Shown here: piece after piece, positions 18,604 through 26,026 of the stretch | How positions within the stretch are numbered: the first letter of the stretch is position 1 | Layout: each line of letters begins with the position of its first letter | Source: Verrucomicrobiota bacterium | GTDB taxonomy: Bacteria > Verrucomicrobiota > Verrucomicrobiia > Methylacidiphilales > UBA1321 | NCBI GenBank assembly: GCA_038745425.1 | Contig: JBCDLL010000007.1 | Span: 1,688 to 65,687 of the forward strand | DNA: 64,000 bases | Reading direction: 5' to 3' | Notes under the pieces: generated by a model | What the model saw: only the letters and a program-made list of their open reading frames with translations | Told to the model about the DNA's origin: nothing | The model's database searches: none | Position numbers and translations under genes: made by a program

Positions 18604-19581
18604 ATGCCCGAACGCCGTTCCTCCTCCCGCCGGCCACGCCCGCAAACCAGAGTCCGCAAGGCAGCCCCGCGCCCCGCCTCGCCCAAGGCCGCCAAACCCG
18701 CCCCAGCGCCAAAGAGGGGCAAACCAACCCGGAAATCCGCCAAGCCCACGCGGGATCAAAAAACCCGTCCCGTTGCGAAGAAGTCGGCGTCTCCCGCCGC
18801 CCAGGGGAGCCGGCCACCCAAGCAAACTTCCACCCCGCGGCGCCGGTCCAAGCCTCAACCGGCAAAGGCTCCCGCCGCGCGCCCCGAGCTCGAAGCCAAG
18901 CTGCTGAAAAGCTCCGCCGTCTTCCCGGCGCCCCTCGTGGTTGGCTGCGTCAAAACGCCGGCCGGGCTCGATTACCTGACGGCGCCAGAGGTGCCCGCCG
19001 ACCTGATCGAGGTGCGGCTGGACGAGTTGATCCACGCGGGGGTGGGCGTCGAGGTCATCGAGGCCGCCTTGCGCAAACGCCGCCATCCGGCGCTGCTCAC
19101 GGCCCGTGCCTCCCGCGAAGGCGGCGCCCGGAAATGGAAGCCGGACGAGCGGACCCGGCTCCTGCTGCGGCTGCTCGACCACGCCGACGCCGTCGACCTG
19201 GAGCTGGCCGACCTCCCGCGCCTGCAGCGGGTCCTCAGCACCGCCGCCCAGCAAGGCGTCCACGTCATCCTTTCGGTCCATGCGCTCCAGCAACCCGCGA
19301 GCAACGACCAACTGCGCGCCTGGGTCCAGAGCTTCCTGGAGCAAACGGCGTTCTGCTACAAAATGGCGGTGCGGCTGCAGAACCAGGGCGACCTGCACCA
19401 GCTTGTGGACATCCTGCTGCGCAACCCGCACAAACGCTGGGCGCTGATGGGCCTGGGCCCCGACGCCCCGCGCAGCCGGGGCGTACTCGCCGGGCTTGGC
19501 TCCCTGCTGGTCTACGGCTACCTCGACGAACCGACCGCGCCGGGACAACCCTCCACCAAGCAGTTGATTAAAAATCTGTAA
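18604..19581 (+). CDS. aroD: type I 3-dehydroquinate dehydratase with ~100-aa Lys/Pro/Ala-rich N-terminal extension
   Basis: The C-terminal 220 aa follow the DHQase-I pattern: DLIEVRLDEL, ILSVHAL (His), CYKMAV (Schiff-base Lys), MGLGPDAPRSRGVLAGLGSLLVYGY and APGQ. Third-position GC in the N-terminal part supports this frame. Confidence 0.7.
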   Translation: MPERRSSSRRPRPQTRVRKAAPRPASPKAAKPAPAPKRGKPTRKSAKPTRDQKTRPVAKKSASPAAQGSRPPKQTSTPRRRSKPQPAKAPAARPELEAKLLKSSAVFPAPLVVGCVKTPAGLDYLTAPEVPADLIEVRLDELIHAGVGVEVIEAALRKRRHPALLTARASREGGARKWKPDERTRLLLRLLDHADAVDLELADLPRLQRVLSTAAQQGVHVILSVHALQQPASNDQLRAWVQSFLEQTAFCYKMAVRLQNQGDLHQLVDILLRNPHKRWALMGLGPDAPRSRGVLAGLGSLLVYGYLDEPTAPGQPSTKQLIKNL

Positions 19582-19775
19582 AGGCAGGCCACCACCTCGT
19601 GAGCGGTGCCAGTTGCCGAGGTTTCTCCGCGCCAGCGCGTGTTTGCCACGCAATTGTTCAAATTGCGGGCGTGCGTCGACGCCTCCACCGGGCCAAGATC
19701 ATTAGCAGCCCTCGCTCAAACGGCAGGAGAATTCACGGCATTTTCCCAGAGTTTCAACGTCTAACACGCAGTAAG

Positions 19776-20201
19776 ATGGACAAGACCGACACCTTTCACA
19801 CCAGCCGCGTATTCTCGATTTGGGATACGCTGGTCACGTCCAATCAGCTTTTGCTCCGCAGCTACGCCGACCGCGACAACCTCGACCTGATCTTTAACGG
19901 CGTCTTTTACCTGGAGCTCCCCTTCGACCTCAAAGGTATCCGGCTGGCCAAGCCGAACGCCGCCGAGCTAAAGCGCCTGCAGAAGCGCAGCCAGCGCAAC
20001 CCGCAGGGAAGCGAGCAGTTCTACGTCCTCGTGAGCCAAGGGCGGCGCTACTACGTCGGGGCCAAGAGCCTTGTCATCGAACACAACAGCCAGTCCTCGG
20101 TCGATCCCTTCTTCTTCACCGCCAAGTACCTCTACGAGTCGCAGCAGGAGGACTTCTACCGCGCCAACGTCGACCGCAGTGAGGAGTATCTCTCCCGCTA
20201 G
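19776..20201 (+). CDS. hypothetical protein (141 aa)
   Basis: ORF from an internal ATG with coding-like third-position GC. No recognisable motif. Confidence 0.45.
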   Translation: MDKTDTFHTSRVFSIWDTLVTSNQLLLRSYADRDNLDLIFNGVFYLELPFDLKGIRLAKPNAAELKRLQKRSQRNPQGSEQFYVLVSQGRRYYVGAKSLVIEHNSQSSVDPFFFTAKYLYESQQEDFYRANVDRSEEYLSR

Positions 20202-20237
20202 AAGAGGTGGCGGCGGCAGATCAAGAGGCCCTCGCCT

Positions 20238-21998
20238 CTACGCGGCACCCATCATTTCGCGCTTGGCCGCGAGCAGCTTCTTCATCTTGGCCGCCGGTTG
20301 GGTGTTGACCACGTCCTCCTTCCGCAGCCAGCCCTTGCGCGCGATCGTCACCCCCAGCGGCAGGCAGCCAAAGCCGTCCGTGCGGTGCGCGTCCGGGTTG
20401 ATCACGCACTTGACGCCCTTGTCGCGGGCCTGGTGCCACCAACGCCAGTCCATGTCCAGGCGGTAGCCGTTGGCGTTGAGCTCGATCCAAGTGCCGGTCT
20501 CGGCCGCGGCGTCGATCACCTTGTCCAGGTTCAGCTTGGTCGGTTCTCGCGCCAGCAAAAGCCGCCCGGTCGCGTGGCCCAGCATCGTCACGTACGGGTT
20601 CTCCAGCGCGCGGATCACCCGCTTGGTCGCTTCCGTTTCCGGCTGGTTGAGTACGCTGTGGACGCTCGCAACCGCGAAATCCAGCCTGGCCAGCGTCTCG
20701 TCGGCAAAGTCCAGCTTGCCGTCGGGCAGGATGTCCACCTCGCTGCCGGAGAAGAGGGTGAAACCCTTCAGCTTTTTGTTGAGCGCCTGCACGTCGTTGA
20801 TTTGTTTTTGCAGCCGCTCTTCGTCGAGCCCGTTGGCCTGGAAGGACGCCTTGGAATGGTCCGCCACGCCGATGTACTCCAGCCCCAGGTCCGCCGCCGC
20901 CTCGCACATCTCCTCCAGCGTGTTCTTGCCGTCGCTGGCGGTGGTGTGGAAGTGGAAGCAGCCGCGCAGGTTGGTCCAGTCCACCAGTTTCGGCAGCTTG
21001 CCGTCCTCGGCGGCCTCGATCTCGCCGAGGTTCTCCCGCAGCTCCGGCGGGATGTAAGCCAGCCCGAGCTCATGGAAGAGCTCCGCCTCCGTCCGCACCG
21101 GGATCAGCGTCTCCTCCTCCTCGCCCTTTTTGCTTTTGGTCACCGCAAAGAGGCCCCACTCACTCAGCTTCTTGCCCTGAGCAATCGCCCGCTGGCGCAT
21201 GGCCACGTTGTGCTCCTTGCTGCCGGTAAAGTGGTGCAGGGCGCTGGCAAACTGCTTGTCGTCAACCACCCGCAGATCGCAGGCCAGGCCGCCCTCCAAC
21301 ACCACGCTGCTCTTGGTCTCGCCCTGGCCGACCACGCGCTCCACGCCGGGCGCACCGCAGAAGGCGTCCATCACATCGCGCGGCCGCTTGGACGAAACCA
21401 GCAGGTCGATGTCCTTGCTGATCTCCTTGCCGCGGCGCAGGCTGCCGCCGACCTCGCAGCGCGAGACGTCCGGGTGCGAGCGCAGCAGCTCCCGCAGCTC
21501 CTCGGCTACGGGCAGGATGTCCGACCGGCGGTGGAGCTGGCTGTATTGGCGGTGCTGCGCGATCCCCTCCAGGATGCTTTCCTGCGACTTCTTCCCAAAG
21601 CCGTCCAGCCCGGCCACCTTGCCGTCGCGGCAGGCCTGCTCCAGGGCGTCGACGCTTTCCACGCCCAGCTCCTTGTTCACCGCCACAATCTTTTTGGGGC
21701 CGAGCCCCGGAATCTCCTTCAGTTCAAGCAAGCCCTCCGGGAAGGAAGCGCGCAGCTCCTCGTAATAGGGCAGCTGGCCCGTCTCGTGCAGCGTGGTGAT
21801 TTTCTCGCAAAGGGCCTTGCCGATGCCCTTGATCTTGCCGAGCTCGCCCGCCGCGATCACCTCGCCCAGATCGCGATCCAGCGTGTCCAGCGCGCGGGCG
21901 GCGTTGGCGTAGGCACGGGTCTTGAAGACGTTCTCGCCCTTGAGCTCAAGCAGCTCGCCAATCTCCTCGAGGATTTCCGCAATCGCGCCTTTGTCCAT
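20238..21998 (-). CDS. polX: family X DNA polymerase with C-terminal PHP domain (PolX)
   Basis: Start at MDKGAIAEILEEIGELLELKGENVFKTRAYANAARAL (HhH). Nucleotidyltransferase motif GGSLRRGKEISKDIDLLV and PHP motif CFHFHTTASDG. Confidence 0.9.
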   Translation of the reverse strand: MDKGAIAEILEEIGELLELKGENVFKTRAYANAARALDTLDRDLGEVIAAGELGKIKGIGKALCEKITTLHETGQLPYYEELRASFPEGLLELKEIPGLGPKKIVAVNKELGVESVDALEQACRDGKVAGLDGFGKKSQESILEGIAQHRQYSQLHRRSDILPVAEELRELLRSHPDVSRCEVGGSLRRGKEISKDIDLLVSSKRPRDVMDAFCGAPGVERVVGQGETKSSVVLEGGLACDLRVVDDKQFASALHHFTGSKEHNVAMRQRAIAQGKKLSEWGLFAVTKSKKGEEEETLIPVRTEAELFHELGLAYIPPELRENLGEIEAAEDGKLPKLVDWTNLRGCFHFHTTASDGKNTLEEMCEAAADLGLEYIGVADHSKASFQANGLDEERLQKQINDVQALNKKLKGFTLFSGSEVDILPDGKLDFADETLARLDFAVASVHSVLNQPETEATKRVIRALENPYVTMLGHATGRLLLAREPTKLNLDKVIDAAAETGTWIELNANGYRLDMDWRWWHQARDKGVKCVINPDAHRTDGFGCLPLGVTIARKGWLRKEDVVNTQPAAKMKKLLAAKREMMGAA

Positions 21999-22067
21999 TC
22001 CGACATGGAAGCATCCCGCGCTGCTGACCGCAAGTGGCGGGGGCGGGAGCGACTCGCGTAAAGGCGC

Positions 22068-22975
22068 CGGAGTGCGGAGGGTTTCCGCGGCGGAAACTCT
22101 CCCCCTTGGCGTTTGCGGTCTCACGCGGAGGCGCGGTGGCGCAGCGCTTTGAACCTTTGCCTCCCTGCCGTCTGCCCGTTTCCCGGCGAAGCCGAACCCG
22201 GTAGCCGCCGCTGAGCCCAGCGGCGGAGTTCCCTCCAAAGCAAACGGGCTGTGCCCCGGGACTTCGCATCTTTCGATTCCTGGTTTCCCGGAGATTCCCT
22301 GGGTTTCAATAGACTGGGGTTTGTGAATTTCTGCCTTAAGCATGCATCCAGAATAGCCGGGTTTTTTGGACCTCCGTTAGCCTTAGGTGTGCTAGGTGTG
22401 CTACGTGCGTTCTTTTTTTCAAATTATGACGGTTTTTTCGGTTCTAAGGCCGGATTCAACGGATTTGGAGTACCAAACGCGGCCCAGCGGCGGAAGGCAC
22501 TGCCCTTTGATTTCGCGCGGCGGAGCAGGAGCTCCGCCCTCCGTCTTTTTTCCGGTAGCCGCCGCTGACCCTAGCGGCGGAAGACGTTTCCCTTCGGTTT
22601 GGCGCGGCGGAGCGGGAGCTCCGCCCTCCGTCTTTTTCCGGTAGCCGCCGGACCTAGCAGTCGGCATCCCCCAGCGGCGGAAAGCGTTTCCCGTCCGGCT
22701 TTCTGAGGCGGGCAAGGGAGGCCTAGCAGCCGGCATCGCCCGCCCTACCTTGGCTTGGCACTGCCCTTTGATTTCGCGCGGCGGAGCAGGAGCTCCGCCC
22801 TCCGTCTTTTTTCCGGTAGCCGCCGCTGACCCTAGCGGCGGAACCCTTTTCCCGTCCGGCATTCTGAGGCGGGCAAGGGAGGCCTAGCAGCCGGCCCTAC
22901 ATTGCTTGGCGCTTCCCTTTGGTTTGGCGCGGCGGAGCGGAAGCTCCGCCCTCCGCTGGGTGGCGATGCTTTGTA
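22068..22975. repeat. intergenic nested-hairpin repeat cluster, locus A (inverted relative to loci B and C)
   Basis: Four H1 hairpins (GGCGGAGC-N4-GCTCCGCC+CTCC) at 22519, 22606, 22780 and 22931. H2 hairpins CCGGTAGCCGCCG...CGGCGG. An identical 87-bp segment occurs at 22496-22582 and 22757-22843. Confidence 0.85.
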
Positions 22976-22986
22976 TCCGAACACGC

Positions 22987-23838
22987 CTACGCCGTCCGCA
23001 GCGTGAGCAGGGTGAGCTCTGGCGGGCACCAGACGCGGTAGGGGTGGTCCATGCAGCCGAGGCCGCGGCTGGTGTACTGGCGCATGCCGCCGACGGCGAA
23101 GAGGCCCTCCACGTACTCCCGCCCGTACTTGGGCAGCCAGAGCGGCCCGTAGCCGGGCACCCGCACCTGCCCGCCGTGGGTGTGGCCGGAGAGTTGCAGG
23201 GCGACGCGTCCGTCCCGGCTGGCGACGTCGGCAAAGGCCGGCTCGTGCGCCAGCAAAAGCGTGGGCACCTCGGGCGACCAGCCGGCCAGGGCGCGGTCCA
23301 GCTGCGGCCGCATCCCGACCTCGAACCCGTACATGGAAAAAACGCCCGCCAGCATGAGCCCGGCGCCGCGCTGTTCCAGCGTCAGGTTGTCGTTAACCAG
23401 CACCCGGATGCCGGCGGCCTCCAGCCCGGCGCGGACCCGCTTCCACCCGGCCGTGATGTCGTGGTTGCCGATGACCGCTACCTGCCCGAGCGGCGGATTG
23501 AGCGGCGCGAGGATGCGCGTCATCTCGCCGATTTCGCCCGCCTTGAAGCTGACGAAGTCGCCGGTGTGGACGACGAGGTCCGGCCGGTGGCGGTTGGTGG
23601 TGGCGACGACTTCCTCAAAGAACTCGACGAAGTAGTAGGGATCGAGGTGGAAATCGGTAAGCTGGGCGATGCGCAGGCCGTCGAGGGGCGCGGGCAGGTT
23701 GGGCACCGGCACCTCAACCTTCTCCACGCTGAGCCACTGTGGTTCGATCCAGCGGCCGTAAGTGTAGGCCCCGCCCGCGGCCAAGGCCGTGCCACCCGCA
23801 GCCATGCCCAGTCGTCGCAGAAACTGCCGCCGATTCAT
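22987..23838 (-). CDS. Tat-signal metallophosphoesterase (calcineurin-like)
   Basis: MNRRQFLRRLGMAAGGTALAAGG twin-arginine leader, with HTGDFVS, GNHD and SGHTHGG metal-binding motifs. Confidence 0.85.
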   Translation of the reverse strand: MNRRQFLRRLGMAAGGTALAAGGAYTYGRWIEPQWLSVEKVEVPVPNLPAPLDGLRIAQLTDFHLDPYYFVEFFEEVVATTNRHRPDLVVHTGDFVSFKAGEIGEMTRILAPLNPPLGQVAVIGNHDITAGWKRVRAGLEAAGIRVLVNDNLTLEQRGAGLMLAGVFSMYGFEVGMRPQLDRALAGWSPEVPTLLLAHEPAFADVASRDGRVALQLSGHTHGGQVRVPGYGPLWLPKYGREYVEGLFAVGGMRQYTSRGLGCMDHPYRVWCPPELTLLTLRTA

Positions 23839-23926
23839 GCCACCGTGTTTAGCAGAGCGCCCCGCCCGCGGCGATGCAATTGGCGGCTTGCGCCGGGCCG
23901 CTTCCGACCTTAGCGTCACGCCCGGA

Positions 23927-24529
23927 ATGCTTGTCGACGCCCCGCAACGCCCCCGCGCCTACGTTTTCATCGGCCCGCCGGCCTCCGGCAAGGGCACGCA
24001 CTGCCGGGTGATCGGGTCGCTGCCCGGCTTTTGCCATCTGAGCACCGGACAGGCCTTTCGCCGGCTGGTGGAACGTGGTGACGCCGACGCCGGCCTGCTC
24101 GCCCGCATCGCGACGAGCACCGCTTCCGGCGATCTGCTGCCCGACGAGGTGGCTCAGGAGGCCGCCCGGCGTTACCTGACCGAGCTGGTCGCGGAAGGGC
24201 GCTACGATCCGGCCCGTGACATCCTGCTGCTGGACGGCATTCCCCGCACCGCCGGGCAGGCGGCCTGGCTTGGACAAAGCGCGGAAGTCCTCGGCGTTTA
24301 CGAGTTTCGCTGCTCGCCCGAGGTCAGCCTGGAGCGCGCCGGCAAGCGGGCCCGCAAGGAGAACCGGGCCGACGACGCCAACCTGGACATCGTCCGCCAC
24401 CGCCTGGAGGTCTACGCCCGCGAGCTGGCCGATCTGCTCGGTTCCTACCCGGCTGAGTTGATCACCCCGATCGACACCTCGCAGCCGCCACACCACGTGC
24501 TGCGCGCCGTGCTCGCGCCGATGGCGTAG
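23927..24529 (+). CDS. adenylate kinase family protein (short-LID type)
   Basis: P-loop FIGPPASGKGTH, with HLSTGQAFRR, LLLDGIPRT and RADDANLDIVRHRLEVY. Confidence 0.75.
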   Translation: MLVDAPQRPRAYVFIGPPASGKGTHCRVIGSLPGFCHLSTGQAFRRLVERGDADAGLLARIATSTASGDLLPDEVAQEAARRYLTELVAEGRYDPARDILLLDGIPRTAGQAAWLGQSAEVLGVYEFRCSPEVSLERAGKRARKENRADDANLDIVRHRLEVYARELADLLGSYPAELITPIDTSQPPHHVLRAVLAPMA

Positions 24530-24537
24530 ACGCCCCT

Positions 24538-24613
24538 CCTCCGCGTTTTTTGATCCGCAGATTGCGCCGATAGCGTAGCCTTGTCCCCTCCGCGTTTTTT
24601 TGATCCGCAGATT
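24538..24613 (+). repeat. 26-27-bp direct repeat CCTCCGCG-T6/7-GATCCGCAGATT (2 copies, 49 bp apart)
   Basis: Copies at 24538-24563 and 24587-24613, directly downstream of the adk-like stop. Confidence 0.7.
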
Positions 24614-24710
24614 ACAGCGATTTTCGCCGATTTGTTTTTCACCAACGCGGGCGATGCAGGTTTTGATTAGGTTTCGCGCCAAGGTCGCAGAGGTTTTTTT
24701 GCAGGAGACC

Positions 24711-25049
24711 CGACGGAGGGCGGAGCTCCCGCTCCGCCGCGCAAAACCAACGGGCAGCGCGTTCCGCCGCCGGGACGTCGGCGGCTACCGGGCAACAGCC
24801 ACGTCAAGCGAAGGTAGCCGTCGATGTCCCCATCGACGGAAACAGCACCGGGGAAATCATCCACCAAGCCAACGGAGGGCGGAGCTCCCGCTCCGCCGCG
24901 CGAAACCAACGGGAAGCGCCTTCCGCCGCCGGGACATCGGCGGCTACCGGTTGAAGACGGCGTCTAGCGAAGAGAGGGAGGGCGATACCGGCGGCTACCG
25001 GCACAAAGCATCGCCACCCAACGGAGGGCGGAGCTTCCGCTCCGCCACG
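24711..25049. repeat. intergenic nested-hairpin repeat cluster, locus B
   Basis: H1 at 24715-24738, 24874-24897 and 25023-25046. H2 (TTCCGCCGCCGGGAC.TCGGCGGCTACCGG) at 24762-24791 and 24921-24950. H3 (GTAGCCGTCGATGTCCCCATCGACGG) at 24814-24839. Confidence 0.85.
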
Positions 25050-25062
25050 GTCTCGCGCCGGT

Positions 25063-25605
25063 CTACTCCTTCTCCACCGGCTGATAGGCGCCGGCCAGCT
25101 GAGCGGTGGCCTGGGCAAGCTGCTTGATCCGCGCCTTGAGGTCGGCGTCGGCCAGCTCGTTGGCGTCGTTGAAGTGCTTGCCGGTGGCGTAGACAAAGCG
25201 CGGCACGATTAGGCAGCGGAAATCCAGCATCAGGCTGTTGGCGAGCGGCATGATGCTCATGTAGCTGCCCTCGCCCCCCGCCGTGCAGAGGAACCCGATG
25301 ACCTTGTCGCTCATCTGGCGGCCGGTCAGCTCGATCACGTTCTTGCAGATGGCGTTGACGTCGAAGTTGTAGATGGGCGCGGCGATCAGAAACCCGTGCG
25401 CGGCGGCGGCCTTCTCGCTGAGCGCGGCGACGTTCTCGTGCCCGTAGGCGGCGCCGGCGTCGCAGAACGGCAGCGGTAGGGCTTGCAGGTCGACCAGCTC
25501 GGCCTCGACCTCGGAGATGGCCTCCAACTGTTTCATCGCCTCGTGGGCCAGGCGGCGGCTTCTGCTGTCCGCGTTGCCGCTGCAGCTCAAGACCAGAATC
25601 TTCAT
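25063..25605 (-). CDS. NADPH-dependent FMN reductase family protein
   Basis: MKILVLSCSGNADSRSRRLA... and ...GFLIAAPIYNFDVNAICKNVIE follow the FMN_red family pattern. Start is at the internal ATG. Confidence 0.85.
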   Translation of the reverse strand: MKILVLSCSGNADSRSRRLAHEAMKQLEAISEVEAELVDLQALPLPFCDAGAAYGHENVAALSEKAAAAHGFLIAAPIYNFDVNAICKNVIELTGRQMSDKVIGFLCTAGGEGSYMSIMPLANSLMLDFRCLIVPRFVYATGKHFNDANELADADLKARIKQLAQATAQLAGAYQPVEKE

Positions 25606-25659
25606 GGCAACACTGCTACCACGGCGCACGCAAAAGGCAACGCCCACGGGCGGGCGCGC

Positions 25660-25962
25660 TTAATCCGAACCACCATCGCTGCCGCCACCGGACTCGCCGC
25701 CGAGTTGCCCGTACTCTTCGTGCACCACGCCGACGTGGCCGCCTCCATAGACGATATCCGCTTCCGCCTTCACCGACGAGGAGGACAACGGCCGGTACCA
25801 AGCCCCGTAGAAAATCACGCCGAAAAACGGAATCATGATGACGCAGGACCAGATCAACTTGCGCCAAAACGAGTCCGCTACCGCCGTGGCCCACAAGCGC
25901 CGCGTGCAATAAATCGCCACCGCCGCGTAGGCGAGCAGCAGCAGGTGCATCAGCCAAGGCAT
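25660..25962 (-). CDS. small 2-TM membrane protein (PLD-nuclease-N-like pattern) with Gly/Ser/Asp tail
   Basis: 100 aa from ATG 25962, with two hydrophobic helices. The WRKLIWSCVIMIPFFGVIFYGAWYRP pattern resembles the PLDc_N family. Confidence 0.5.
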   Translation of the reverse strand: MPWLMHLLLLAYAAVAIYCTRRLWATAVADSFWRKLIWSCVIMIPFFGVIFYGAWYRPLSSSSVKAEADIVYGGGHVGVVHEEYGQLGGESGGGSDGGSD

Positions 25963-26026
25963 GCGGCACCCTAGAACGATTCCCCCTTGATGCCGAGGGC
26001 GAAGTTGGTAAAACAGGGGGCTCCCC

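Noticed and set aside
18555-19653. Alternative ORFs over the aroD region (18555..19571 plus strand, 18595..19653 minus strand)
   Set aside because: Only the 18604 frame yields the DHQase-I motifs (the catalytic His and Lys contexts, and the GS...Y and APGQ motifs). The other frames are Arg/Pro/Gly-rich artefacts.
21999-22343. 115-aa N-terminal extension of PolX (ORF start at 22343). Similar upstream extensions exist for the DHS-like (31872), S16 protease (11346), RraA (57658), FMN reductase (25647), MATE (30219) and phosphoesterase (23919) ORFs.
   Set aside because: In every case the conserved family N-terminus or signal peptide begins at an internal ATG. The upstream parts are low-complexity or repeat-derived.
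22419-22862. ORFs spanning the repeat spacers (22419..22862, 22251..22568, 24600..25127, 24804..25196, 30226..30504, 30443..30697)
   Set aside because: Their 'protein' sequences are simply translated hairpin modules (e.g. RRAELPLRRAKP..., GGAPAPPRE...). These occur in both orientations and several frames, so there is no independent coding signal.
22480-22990. Possible CRISPR array (repeated ~24-bp palindromic units in a gene-free region)
   Set aside because: Repeat spacing is irregular (87, 174, 151 bp). The 'spacers' are themselves repeated, including an 87-bp perfect duplicate. The units are composites of several different palindromes. The same modules recur in other spacers, and no cas genes are nearby.
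25963-26026. Lysine riboswitch (L-box) upstream of lysC
   Set aside because: The spacer is only 64 nt, far too short for an L-box aptamer, and shows no matching conserved helices.
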